Part shown: positions 54,303-63,625 of the stretch, piece by piece
Layout: every line of letters begins with the position of its first letter
Position numbering within the stretch: the first letter of the stretch is position 1
Virus record (IMG/VR): IMGVR_UViG_3300029996_000255
DNA: 64,000 nucleotides
Origin: a virus
Lineage: Duplodnaviria; Heunggongvirae; Uroviricota; Caudoviricetes
Strand: one strand, 5' to 3'
The notes under the pieces: model-generated
Databases searched by the model: none
The model's input: the letters and a program-made list of their open reading frames with translations, nothing else
Told to the model about the DNA's origin: nothing
Made by a program: the position numbers and the translations under genes

Positions 54303-54923
54303 ATGTCTTTAGTATATAAAAATGATACATATAGCTATAATGGCGAATATGAAATGGGTTCATTAAATAAGTTTGCACAAGCAGAAAGAAGATTGTCAGC
54401 AAAGAAACAAGCATTGGATGACATAAAAAATGAATATGATCTTATTGAACAACAGGCATTTCGCACTTATAAAGAGAACATTCAGTATATGCTACTCGAT
54501 CAGTCGTCTACAATTAAAATGTGTAGAGAATGGTTAAATATGTTATCAAAGAATCAGGATACTGATGGTAACAAGCTTGATAAAAGAAAGAAGTATAAAG
54601 AAAGGGAAATGTATGATTGGTATATTGATTATATTAAAAAACTTCTTGATATTGAGTATATGAATAACGTTAAATTCATTGATTATAATTTTGGTCAAGC
54701 TACTAATATCCAGTTTGAATATAAAGAGCATAATTGGTATTTAGAAATTCCTCATATTAAAGCTATCAAATTAGATGCATATAAGAATTATGGTGGCAGT
54801 GTATTTAAACTTGCGTTAGTACACAATGATACAGAATGTAGTTGGTCGCAGTTTGGCTCTACATATGAAGAAGACGAATTAAGAGATATTATGACACAAG
54901 GTATTGAAAAATATTGTAATTAG
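54303..54923 (+). CDS. hypothetical protein
   Basis: ORF track; AAGAGGTGAATTA ATG; GGTTTCCTTTGGA element upstream. Confidence 0.55.
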   Translation: MSLVYKNDTYSYNGEYEMGSLNKFAQAERRLSAKKQALDDIKNEYDLIEQQAFRTYKENIQYMLLDQSSTIKMCREWLNMLSKNQDTDGNKLDKRKKYKEREMYDWYIDYIKKLLDIEYMNNVKFIDYNFGQATNIQFEYKEHNWYLEIPHIKAIKLDAYKNYGGSVFKLALVHNDTECSWSQFGSTYEEDELRDIMTQGIEKYCN

Positions 54924-54980
54924 TTGTGGTAGCTTCACAAGAATGCAACATATCATTGGATTATAGAAAAGAGGTATCAA

Positions 54981-55274
54981 ATGGAAGATTATAAAAAGCT
55001 AATTGATTCAACCGAATTACAGAAAACAGTATTGAATTTCATTGGTTCTGAAGAATTTAACAAGATGGTCAATTGTTCAATATTCAAGGATAATCAAGAG
55101 TGTAAATCTGCTATTATTTACGGAATGTCAATCGCATCAATGTTGGTCTGTGATTGTACTCCATTTTATATTAAATTTAATGAAGAAACTGATGAAGACG
55201 ATAACAGACCACAATGCTGCATAGATCACGATAAGTATTTTTCAACATGTGACACTTGTGAGTTTGGAGAATAA
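54981..55274 (+). CDS. Cys-rich hypothetical protein
   Basis: ORF track. Confidence 0.5.
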   Translation: MEDYKKLIDSTELQKTVLNFIGSEEFNKMVNCSIFKDNQECKSAIIYGMSIASMLVCDCTPFYIKFNEETDEDDNRPQCCIDHDKYFSTCDTCEFGE

Positions 55275-55302
55275 CAAAAAATTATAAAGGAGAATATTAA
55301 AC

Positions 55303-55614
55303 ATGGAAACAATTTTAAGATTATTAGCAGAGAACCCAGAAAGTTTAGGAGAGGTAGTAAAGACATACATTACAAAGTATAAAGAGCCTGTATATGATGT
55401 TCTGAAGGAACTTATGATCATTGCAAAGGATTATTCTGAGAATACTGAGTATCCTGCAATTCAGGCGAAAACTAAGAAAAATATGTTTGACGCATATATA
55501 AATGTTGGATTTACAGAGGATCAGGCATTAGCACTTATGATTAACGACAATATTCAGCTTATGAAGAATATTCAGAAGTCAGTTAATAATACTTCTGCAA
55601 AGAAGATCAAGTAG
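55303..55614 (+). CDS. hypothetical protein
   Basis: ORF track; AAAGGAGAATATTAAAC ATG. Confidence 0.5.
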   Translation: METILRLLAENPESLGEVVKTYITKYKEPVYDVLKELMIIAKDYSENTEYPAIQAKTKKNMFDAYINVGFTEDQALALMINDNIQLMKNIQKSVNNTSAKKIK

Positions 55615-55662
55615 TGGTTTCGAAGTAAACCAATCTTTCATTTGGCAGATTGGAGGTGTGAA

Positions 55663-55920
55663 ATGAGAAACTTCTATAGTGGTATCAGTAATGATAAAAC
55701 ACAATTTTTGATAAATATGAATTGGTATAAGGATAATGATGTAGAGACTTGTTTTAACCTTAATAAAAATTTTCATGGATTGTCTAAAAAATGCAGTATT
55801 GAAAAAAATGATTTTGAATTAGTATATTTAAAATTTAAATGGGTTGGTAATACATATTACCCACAAGAAAGTAATAAAAGTGAAGGACAACCAATTAGAG
55901 TATATAAAATTAAGACATAA
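55663..55920 (+). CDS. hypothetical protein
   Basis: TTGGAGGTGTGAA ATG. Confidence 0.5.
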   Translation: MRNFYSGISNDKTQFLINMNWYKDNDVETCFNLNKNFHGLSKKCSIEKNDFELVYLKFKWVGNTYYPQESNKSEGQPIRVYKIKT

Positions 55921-55957
55921 ATAATAAATATATAATTTTGAATCGGAGAATAATATT

Positions 55958-56281
55958 ATGAAATTGATTAACAAATATGCAAATTCAAGATATTCAAAAA
56001 TGAATGAATATTATTGTGGAATCACAACAGAATTGGACAAGCTTGCTGGACTTGATCCTAATGGATATTGGAAACATTATGTGCTTTGCGATTGTGAGGA
56101 TGGTTATTTGTATATCAGAATTCCAGGTGGAACACTTGGAAGTATTGAGTATGATGATAATAGGGTTATTACAAAAATTCATGTTTGCACTGATTATGTT
56201 GTGAAAACTTATCCTGATGATGTAAATAAACAGCTTCAGAAATTCATTGGTCAGAAGATAGAAATAGGAGAAGCAAAATGA
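55958..56281 (+). CDS. hypothetical protein, paralog of 33431..33760
   Basis: alignment of the two translations. Confidence 0.55.
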   Translation: MKLINKYANSRYSKMNEYYCGITTELDKLAGLDPNGYWKHYVLCDCEDGYLYIRIPGGTLGSIEYDDNRVITKIHVCTDYVVKTYPDDVNKQLQKFIGQKIEIGEAK

Positions 56282-56550
56282 GATTAATTGAAGCGGACAA
56301 GTTGAGTTTTCATTGCAACTACGAAGGTGATTGTTCAGGAGATATATCACACTGTCAAGAGTGTAGTAATTATGTGTTAGATTATAGAGATATAAAAGAC
56401 CAACCAGCAGCTTATGATATTGATGGTGTTGTAGGGCAGTTGAAAACGGACTCTTCTGTAAAACTGTATGGAAGTGGCAACAGTAATAATTATCTTATTC
56501 CTCTCAAAAAGGCAATTGAGATAGTGAAAGCAGGTGGAATAAATGGATAA
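56278..56550 (+). CDS. hypothetical protein
   Basis: ORF track; ATGA coupling. Confidence 0.5.
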   Translation: MRLIEADKLSFHCNYEGDCSGDISHCQECSNYVLDYRDIKDQPAAYDIDGVVGQLKTDSSVKLYGSGNSNNYLIPLKKAIEIVKAGGING

Positions 56551-57286
56551 TTTAACACACAGAGAAGAAGTAAATCTTTATGAGGCAATTCAAAAATCGT
56601 TCCCTAAAATTCTAATCAAGGATCTTACAGAACATGAAAGAATTTGTCCTGTCTGCAATGGTCTTGGAATGAGAATTGAAGATAATGCTTATGGAATTAA
56701 AGGTGACACATCCGAAGTTGGCAGAAAATATCATTTTCCATACAAGCATCAATCACTTTCATTCTGCCATAGTTGTTTTAATGGTGTACAGAGATTGTGT
56801 CCTTATTGTGGACATCCTTATAAGAATCAGGCGTATATGTATTGTGACTGTGAAGGACAGAAGAAAGCTGACGAAGAAGAGAGAATAAAGAAGTGGAATG
56901 AGAAAGTAGCAAATGCAGTAGCTGTTGATGAAAAAGATATAGATACAATGCTTTACTGTGAGGAATTTGACGAGTATTACGATACAGTTGATGATTTCTT
57001 TGACGATTATTTTGGGCGTTATACAGATGAAGAATTTAATAATGATGGCAGACCTGAGAGATTATGGGTGTGCAGCGTGGAGAAGATTCATATTGATGCT
57101 GATAATGTAGTTGACAATGCTTGCGAAGAGTTACATGAAGATGCTTATGAACAGTGTGATATTGGTGGTCTGCAAAATTTGTTAGATACCTGGTGTAAAG
57201 ATCAGACAGGAGCTACTACATATTATCCATGTTATAAGCAGTATGTAGAAATTGATTGGAGTGAATATGAAGATTGTAGCAGGTAA
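56543..57286 (+). CDS. DnaJ-type CxxCxGxG zinc-finger-like protein with acidic C-terminal half
   Basis: CPVCNGLG, CHSCFNG and CPYCGHPY repeats. Confidence 0.45.
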   Translation: MDNLTHREEVNLYEAIQKSFPKILIKDLTEHERICPVCNGLGMRIEDNAYGIKGDTSEVGRKYHFPYKHQSLSFCHSCFNGVQRLCPYCGHPYKNQAYMYCDCEGQKKADEEERIKKWNEKVANAVAVDEKDIDTMLYCEEFDEYYDTVDDFFDDYFGRYTDEEFNNDGRPERLWVCSVEKIHIDADNVVDNACEELHEDAYEQCDIGGLQNLLDTWCKDQTGATTYYPCYKQYVEIDWSEYEDCSR

Positions 57287-57581
57287 TTATTTTGGTAAAA
57301 ATATTCAGTTTGTATGTAGATGCTGCAACTGTGTATATGAAGTTGAATCAAAGGATGATTGGAATGTTCAGATGATATTTCCTAATTATTGTAGTTTTAA
57401 ATATAAAGTTCCTGAATATGGAGTAACTTGTCCTAATTGTGGTCATGAAGAATATCTTGGTTGCGATCAAGATGACTTGATAGGAACTGAATCTGAAAAC
57501 CTACACTGTTCTTGGATTCCATTATTAAAGAAGAGAGCAGATTGGAATGAACGATATAGGGTTGAGCCAATAAGAGAATAA
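57267..57581 (+). CDS. Cys-rich hypothetical protein
   Basis: ORF track 57252..57581; ATG 57267. Confidence 0.45.
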   Translation: MKIVAGNYFGKNIQFVCRCCNCVYEVESKDDWNVQMIFPNYCSFKYKVPEYGVTCPNCGHEEYLGCDQDDLIGTESENLHCSWIPLLKKRADWNERYRVEPIRE

Positions 57582-57626
57582 ATTAACAGGAAAGATTCGT
57601 TTCTTGTGGAAATGTGGAGATAAAAA

Positions 57627-58199
57627 ATGGAGAAATTTTATATTGTAACAAATGAGAAATTCCTCAAAGAGATTGATGATTATAGAAAACATGAGGAAGA
57701 AAGAAGAATATTAGTAAATAATTTTTTTGAGAATAAAGGTATTGCTGGAAAAGAATATCATATTAGTGGAGATGGATTTGTAAATCGTCCATTTAAAGAG
57801 CATGAGAAACATAATATTAGATTATATATTGCCCATTGCGATGAAAACAATCAGAAATTTGGTAAGGAATTACTAAAACCAACTAAGTTATTCTGCGATT
57901 CTAATGTATTAATGAGAAAATTTAGAGCCAATAGCAAAACATTAAAAGAGTTCCAGGATTTGTGCATTGAAAAAGAAATTGTTATTAATAATCATCCAAT
58001 TCAAGAAGGAGATTATTTCAAGGAATTACATTTAGGGGGATATTCAATTTTAAAATTTGAGTATGGAAATAAATTATATTTGAAGATTTCTACAACAAAA
58101 TATGAAACTATTACACCAGATAATGATATAGGTTTTACAGAAATTAAAGGTAGTGAATTTTATAAAGCACTTGAAGAATTTGAATCGAAGAACGGATAA
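57627..58199 (+). CDS. hypothetical protein
   Basis: ORF track; TGGAGATAAAAA ATG; TCGTTTCTTGTGG element upstream. Confidence 0.5.
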   Translation: MEKFYIVTNEKFLKEIDDYRKHEEERRILVNNFFENKGIAGKEYHISGDGFVNRPFKEHEKHNIRLYIAHCDENNQKFGKELLKPTKLFCDSNVLMRKFRANSKTLKEFQDLCIEKEIVINNHPIQEGDYFKELHLGGYSILKFEYGNKLYLKISTTKYETITPDNDIGFTEIKGSEFYKALEEFESKNG

Positions 58200-58251
58200 A
58201 TATCGTTTCCTTTAGAAATAATTTTGCACAAAGAAAGGAGAGAATAATAGA

Positions 58252-59514
58252 TTGAACAGTAGTATTTTTGTTCCTAAAACGATAAATGTTGGGTATCAAA
58301 ATCGTTCAGGAACTTACACAGGAAAACTTGCCTATGTCATTTACTATGACGAAAAAGGCAAGCTGCGAAAAGAAGCATCATGGAATAGTTGGCGTGATGA
58401 TAAAATTCCGAATGATGAATTTGACAATATTCCAACAGAAGGATTTGTACTAAATAAGAAAGCTGGTGATTACTCTACAGGATGGGATCACAGACATGCT
58501 TATTGTAGAGTATATGATCCAAGAGGATTTGAGTTTGAAATTACCATTGAAAATTTATTGTATATTCTCGAAAATGCAAACTGTATCAAAGGTAAGGGGC
58601 TTGAAGGAGAATTTATATATGGATGGGACGGTAAGGATTTAGTTCTTATGCCAGTTGAATCACCTGATTATAAGCAGATTGCAGCTTATAATAAGATTGT
58701 ACATAATAATGAGTCCATTAAGACAAAAGATTTAATTCTTGGTGCAACATATCTTACAAAAGAGAATATTGAATGGATTTACATGGGACGTTTCGAAACA
58801 TATGGATATGGTTATGAATTTATGCAGAATGGTAAAATTGTAAGAATAAAATCTTATAAAGATATTCCAACCGAACCAACTCGTTTTGGATATACAAAAA
58901 TTTCTTATAAAGGAATTAACAATCTCTCATATGGTAAAATGCATTGGTTCGCAAGATTAAGCGATGAAAAGTATGAATTTGAGCAATTCAAAAGTGTTCC
59001 TAAAAACAAACTTATTAGTTGTCTTGATGATAAATGCACATCTAAATATTCTGAAATTTATGATTCAATGGAATCATCTTATCAATTTTCCCCTATAGAC
59101 GATAGCAAGGATAAAATTGTAAATATCTCATTTGAAGATTTTTATGAAAAAGCAATTAATACATATGTCGATGATGATATAACAAGAAAATATGTCAATG
59201 TTCGTTTTATGGTAAACAACAATGGAGAATATATTAAATATGAAATGACAACGCCATATAGGTCAGAAGATAACGGCAAATATACTGTTTATAAATATAG
59301 TGTCAAGAATATCTATCATGGAGATAAGGAAGCAATTGATATTTTCCCGACAGAAGAAAGAGAAGTGGAAGTACGTTATAGTCAAAAAGAAATTCAGACG
59401 CATATGATTCCAGTTTCTATTGAAACAGTTTTTGAAAAGTTAAAACCAGTATGTAAGCAGAAATATTTAGCAAATGGCAGAGAATATAAAAAGGAGTACG
59501 AGTTTAATGAGTAA
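58252..59514 (+). CDS. hypothetical protein (420 aa)
   Basis: ORF track; AAGGAGAGAATAATAGA TTG. Confidence 0.6.
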   Translation: MNSSIFVPKTINVGYQNRSGTYTGKLAYVIYYDEKGKLRKEASWNSWRDDKIPNDEFDNIPTEGFVLNKKAGDYSTGWDHRHAYCRVYDPRGFEFEITIENLLYILENANCIKGKGLEGEFIYGWDGKDLVLMPVESPDYKQIAAYNKIVHNNESIKTKDLILGATYLTKENIEWIYMGRFETYGYGYEFMQNGKIVRIKSYKDIPTEPTRFGYTKISYKGINNLSYGKMHWFARLSDEKYEFEQFKSVPKNKLISCLDDKCTSKYSEIYDSMESSYQFSPIDDSKDKIVNISFEDFYEKAINTYVDDDITRKYVNVRFMVNNNGEYIKYEMTTPYRSEDNGKYTVYKYSVKNIYHGDKEAIDIFPTEEREVEVRYSQKEIQTHMIPVSIETVFEKLKPVCKQKYLANGREYKKEYEFNE

Positions 59515-59914
59515 AAATGATGACAGAATTTTAGAATTAAAGAAACAAATTGAAACTAAGAAGAAATCAATTTCTGAGAAGAAGGTTAGGTTTATTCCTG
59601 AAACAAACTGTGTTCTTAATATGGATGGAATGACAATTAATCTCAATGTGTGTTCAGACGATGCATTATTATTACTTTTGATTAGATTGAATTCATATTT
59701 AATGTCTGCAAAAGATCTTGATATGACTGATTTTGAAATTTCAGGATACAGTGTAACAGCATGGATTAAAGATATTAAAAGTAAGTTAGAGGTATCTGAT
59801 CTGAAGAAAGAAGAGTCTGATTTGAAGAAAATGGAGAGCAAGTTGGACAAGCTGCTTTCTGATGATAAGAAAACAGAGCTGGAAATTGATGAGATTGCTG
59901 CTTTATTGAAGTAA
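59507..59914 (+). CDS. hypothetical coiled-coil protein (ATGAGTAA overlap with the upstream stop)
   Basis: translational coupling. Confidence 0.5.
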   Translation: MSKNDDRILELKKQIETKKKSISEKKVRFIPETNCVLNMDGMTINLNVCSDDALLLLLIRLNSYLMSAKDLDMTDFEISGYSVTAWIKDIKSKLEVSDLKKEESDLKKMESKLDKLLSDDKKTELEIDEIAALLK

Positions 59915-60047
59915 AAGAGAGAATAATACAATAGGTGGTATATTTCATAAAATCGCATACTATATATAGTGGTTATATAAATTTAAACTACTATATATAG
60001 TAATAAAAAGGACAAGAAATATCGGTTTCCTTAGGAGGTGAAAAATG

Positions 60048-60224
60048 GACATTAAATACATAGGTGGTGCATATCAAATTTCAATATCAGACTTGCAATG
60101 TACAATTGGTTGCGACAATGTAATGAAATGTAAGCAGAGATTTTTAGATATAATGTCAAAAGAATTTGACAAAGTTGTGAATGAAAAACTTGGTGACTAC
60201 GGTTTCTATAAAGAGGATAATTAA
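60048..60224 (+). CDS. small hypothetical protein (58 aa)
   Basis: TTAGGAGGTGAAAA ATG. Confidence 0.35.
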   Translation, partial: DIKYIGGAYQISISDLQCTIGCDNVMKCKQRFLDIMSKEFDKVVNEKLGDYGFYKEDN

Positions 60225-60590
60225 ATGACTTGCAAATATCCAGTAAATAGCAGAAGTTATAAATTTTGTATAGGCTGTAACGATATAGATTGTTGTAAAG
60301 ACGCAGTTACTCCAATCATTTCTATACCAAAATTTCAGTCACCAAAGAATGTTATTCCGTCTGCATCAGAAGCAAATAAAATGACAAACAATGCAATTGA
60401 TAGTTGCACGACACAGCAATTAGCAGAATTATCTAAATTGATTAGAGATGCGGTTGCAGATGGCAAATTTTCAATCAGTGAAGATGGTTGTTTAAAACCT
60501 GAAATACGAAAGAAATTAGAGGAACTTGGTTATAAAGTTGAAACTGGCAATCAATATAATGAATCGTATTACAGTATAAGTTGGAGATAA
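60225..60590 (+). CDS. hypothetical protein
   Basis: ORF track; TAAATG coupling. Confidence 0.5.
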   Translation: MTCKYPVNSRSYKFCIGCNDIDCCKDAVTPIISIPKFQSPKNVIPSASEANKMTNNAIDSCTTQQLAELSKLIRDAVADGKFSISEDGCLKPEIRKKLEELGYKVETGNQYNESYYSISWR

Positions 60591-60613
60591 ACGAAGCAAA
60601 GGAGATTTAAAAA

Positions 60614-60907
60614 ATGATGAATTTTGGACAGGCAATTGAAGCATTAAAGAATGGTAAGAAAGTAGCAAGAGTTGGATGGAATGGTAAGGGTGTGTTTTTG
60701 TATATGACAACAGGAAGTGTTGTTCATTTAGATGAAATGAAATCAGAAACAGCAAATTATTTAAGAAGTTTTTGTAAAGATAAAGGTATGGACGAAATTG
60801 AAATTTGCCCACATATTGATATGAAGACAGCAGACAATAAGTTAGTTATTGGATGGCTTGCAAGTCAGACAGATATGCTTGCTAAAGATTGGAACGTGGT
60901 AGAGTAA
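60614..60907 (+). CDS. DUF2829-like protein (MNFGQAIEALKNGKKVARVGWNGKGVFLYM); candidate Tad2-type signalling-nucleotide sponge
   Basis: N-terminal sequence pattern characteristic of DUF2829/Tad2 proteins. Confidence 0.5.
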   Translation: MMNFGQAIEALKNGKKVARVGWNGKGVFLYMTTGSVVHLDEMKSETANYLRSFCKDKGMDEIEICPHIDMKTADNKLVIGWLASQTDMLAKDWNVVE

Positions 60908-61011
60908 AATAAGATACTATATACAGTGTGTATTAAATAAATATACACTATATATAGTAATAAAAGTACCATGAAATTTCGATTTCTTTTGGAGAATATA
61001 CATAAGGAGGA

Positions 61012-61905
61012 TTGATACATACGAATTTAGTACAAGCATTAGAAAAGCAGATTAGGTTCTGTGAACAATATGAGAGATATAAATGTGGAGTATTCGTAAG
61101 AACACAAATTCAACGTGAGATTGCAGCGAAATGTATTTCCAATTTATTGTCATCTTCTGTACAAGTTCAGCACAGAGCTAGTAGTCATGAGACAAGATTT
61201 TGGTGGGAGAACGGAAGTTGTATTACGGTTCTTCAAGTTAGTGATTATGTGCGAGGACATAAATTTAATGGTGTAGTAATTGATGGTGAAATTGATAGAG
61301 ATGTTGCTAATTATTCAATTATGCCATATTTAACAACCATTACATACAATATCGAAGATAAACGAATAGAAAATTTTGACAATGTTGAAGAAAGAGTATT
61401 TGTTGTAGATATTAAATGCAAAGATATTAAGGAGTCAGAATTAGCTCAAATTATAAAGCCACTTGTTTATTGTTCTAGTAAAATTGATTTCTCAGAAATG
61501 AGACGATATGACGAAGTATTAAGAAATGCAATAACAGTCGGTAAAGAATTGGGTTTATTTAAGAAGGAGAATAAAAGTATGTTTAATAATTATACAGCAG
61601 CTTTTAGAGTTGCACAGGTAGGAACAGATAAGATTTATATTTACAATGCGATTGGTATTCCAAAGGAGAATATTAAATATGAGACAGAGTTTGTTAATAG
61701 AACTAAGGAAACTTATTTAAATATCAAAGGCGAACATAAAGTTGAAGGTATTGGATTTGAGAATGAAATTGATATTCATTTACTAATTGATACTGATGTA
61801 TATGATAAGTATGAAGTTGATTTCCATGATGGTCTTGTTTTTGTGTTTTTACATGAGATTATCAATGAGAAGCCTGTTTTAGAGGATGTTTCAGGTGAAA
61901 AATAA
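61012..61905 (+). CDS. hypothetical protein (297 aa)
   Basis: ORF track; TAAGGAGGA TTG. Confidence 0.55.
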   Translation: MIHTNLVQALEKQIRFCEQYERYKCGVFVRTQIQREIAAKCISNLLSSSVQVQHRASSHETRFWWENGSCITVLQVSDYVRGHKFNGVVIDGEIDRDVANYSIMPYLTTITYNIEDKRIENFDNVEERVFVVDIKCKDIKESELAQIIKPLVYCSSKIDFSEMRRYDEVLRNAITVGKELGLFKKENKSMFNNYTAAFRVAQVGTDKIYIYNAIGIPKENIKYETEFVNRTKETYLNIKGEHKVEGIGFENEIDIHLLIDTDVYDKYEVDFHDGLVFVFLHEIINEKPVLEDVSGEK

Positions 61906-61955
61906 AACACAAGAATCTGACATTTCTTGGTTCAATTTTAAAGGAGAGTTATAAA

Positions 61956-62126
61956 ATGAGCGATATTTGTAAAGATAGAGAAGCTTTAAGACCTAAATAC
62001 GAACATTTTATTCAGACTGAGAGAGGTAAAGAATGGAAACACTTTTGGCAGAGTCAAATAGGTTCAGATATAGGTGGAGATTTTGGAGATTATTTGTATG
62101 ACTTTTATCCAGAAATGTTGCAGTAA
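61956..62126 (+). CDS. small hypothetical protein (56 aa)
   Basis: AAAGGAGAGTTATAAA ATG. Confidence 0.35.
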   Translation: MSDICKDREALRPKYEHFIQTERGKEWKHFWQSQIGSDIGGDFGDYLYDFYPEMLQ

Positions 62127-62138
62127 GGAGAAAAATAA

Positions 62139-62387
62139 ATGGCGAAAAAGAAAGGTTTTGGTGTAAGTCCAATAACAAATACAATCTACTATGGAACACA
62201 GGATACAGAAAAACATATGTGGGTTGGACAGAAAACAGATGTTACGAATGATGTGATAGCTGCTGTATATGAATGGTTTATGGGTAATATGGAAGACTCT
62301 GAAGGTAAGAAAGAAGAATATCAGATCACATATCCTAATACAGAGTTTGAATTAGTAATGAGAAGAAAGAAAACAGAGAGCATATAG
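62139..62387 (+). CDS. hypothetical protein
   Basis: ORF track; TAAGGAGAAAAATAA ATG. Confidence 0.5.
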   Translation: MAKKKGFGVSPITNTIYYGTQDTEKHMWVGQKTDVTNDVIAAVYEWFMGNMEDSEGKKEEYQITYPNTEFELVMRRKKTESI

Positions 62388-62402
62388 TTGGAGGTGAGAA
62401 AT

Positions 62403-62687
62403 GTGATTCAAGTAATTGAGACAAATTTGAGCATTGATAATGATAATATTATAAGAGATCATCAGTCACTAATTGTTGAAGTTGAAGATTGGGATACATA
62501 TTGCAAAGCATTTGAAAAATACAATGGCAAAGCTGTTTATTTCAAGTCAAAGACTATGCCTGGTAACAGTATCTTATCGAATTGCTCTATAACAGATCTG
62601 ATATATGATGACATTCATCTATCTTGTATAATCTTACACCAATCAGGTTTTATTACGAAGAAACTTGCATATAGAATTGTTTTATAA
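62403..62687 (+). CDS. hypothetical protein
   Basis: TTGGAGGTGAGAAAT GTG. Confidence 0.45.
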   Translation: MIQVIETNLSIDNDNIIRDHQSLIVEVEDWDTYCKAFEKYNGKAVYFKSKTMPGNSILSNCSITDLIYDDIHLSCIILHQSGFITKKLAYRIVL

Positions 62688-62800
62688 TCTATGATTCATT
62701 CGAATCACAATTTCCAATAAAAATGAAAATCGAATAGAGAATAAGTAAGTGAAAGGAGTGAGTGGCAGCCTTAAAGATATATCGCTCTGAGTAAATTACA

Positions 62801-63625
62801 ATGTACGAACCAGTAATTAAATGGAGTGGAAGTAAAAGAAGTCAGGCTGAAAAGATTTTAACATTTTTTCCAAAAGAGATTGATACCTATTATGAACCGT
62901 TTTGTGGTGGAGCTTCAGTTTTAAGGAGACTTCTCGATAGTGATATACGAGTTAAGCATTATATATGTAGTGATTTGAATAGTGGGTTGATTGACTTATG
63001 GAATGAAATTATTAACAATCCGTTAGAAGTTTCTTCTTATTATAAGAAGCTTTGGAATGAATTAAATACAGATGACGACAAGCAACGAAAGAAAGAATAT
63101 TTTGCCAATGTTAGGGACAGATACAACAAAGAGCATAATCCATTAGATTTTATGTTTATTATGAGAACAACAACTAATGGTATGCCAAGATATAACCGTA
63201 ATGGTGAATTTAACAATTCATTTCATGTGACTAGAAATGGTATTATTCCTGAAACATTTGAGAAGATAATTTTTGAATGGAGTCAATTATTAAAACAGAA
63301 TGATGTTAAATTTATCAGTTGTTTGTATGAAGATATAAAACCAACAGAGAATGATTATATGTATCTTGATCCACCTTATGCGAATACAAAAGGCATGTAT
63401 TATGGAACTATTGATTATGAAAAATTTTGGGACTATTTAAGGCAGTTGCCATGCAGATATGCTTTATCTTTTGATGGTAAGAGTGGTGATATAGATAATA
63501 CTTGGAATGTCCCTAAAGACATATATACAACACATGAGTATTTGCTAAGTGGTAATAGCAGTTTTAAGCGTACAATTGGTAAATCAAACGACAGCATTGT
63601 TTACGAAAGTTTGTATGTAAAGTAG
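62801..63625 (+). CDS. dam: Dam-family (D12 class) N6-adenine DNA methyltransferase
   Basis: IKWSGSKRSQAEKIL, EPFCGGASV and LDPPYANT motifs. Confidence 0.8.
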   Translation: MYEPVIKWSGSKRSQAEKILTFFPKEIDTYYEPFCGGASVLRRLLDSDIRVKHYICSDLNSGLIDLWNEIINNPLEVSSYYKKLWNELNTDDDKQRKKEYFANVRDRYNKEHNPLDFMFIMRTTTNGMPRYNRNGEFNNSFHVTRNGIIPETFEKIIFEWSQLLKQNDVKFISCLYEDIKPTENDYMYLDPPYANTKGMYYGTIDYEKFWDYLRQLPCRYALSFDGKSGDIDNTWNVPKDIYTTHEYLLSGNSSFKRTIGKSNDSIVYESLYVK

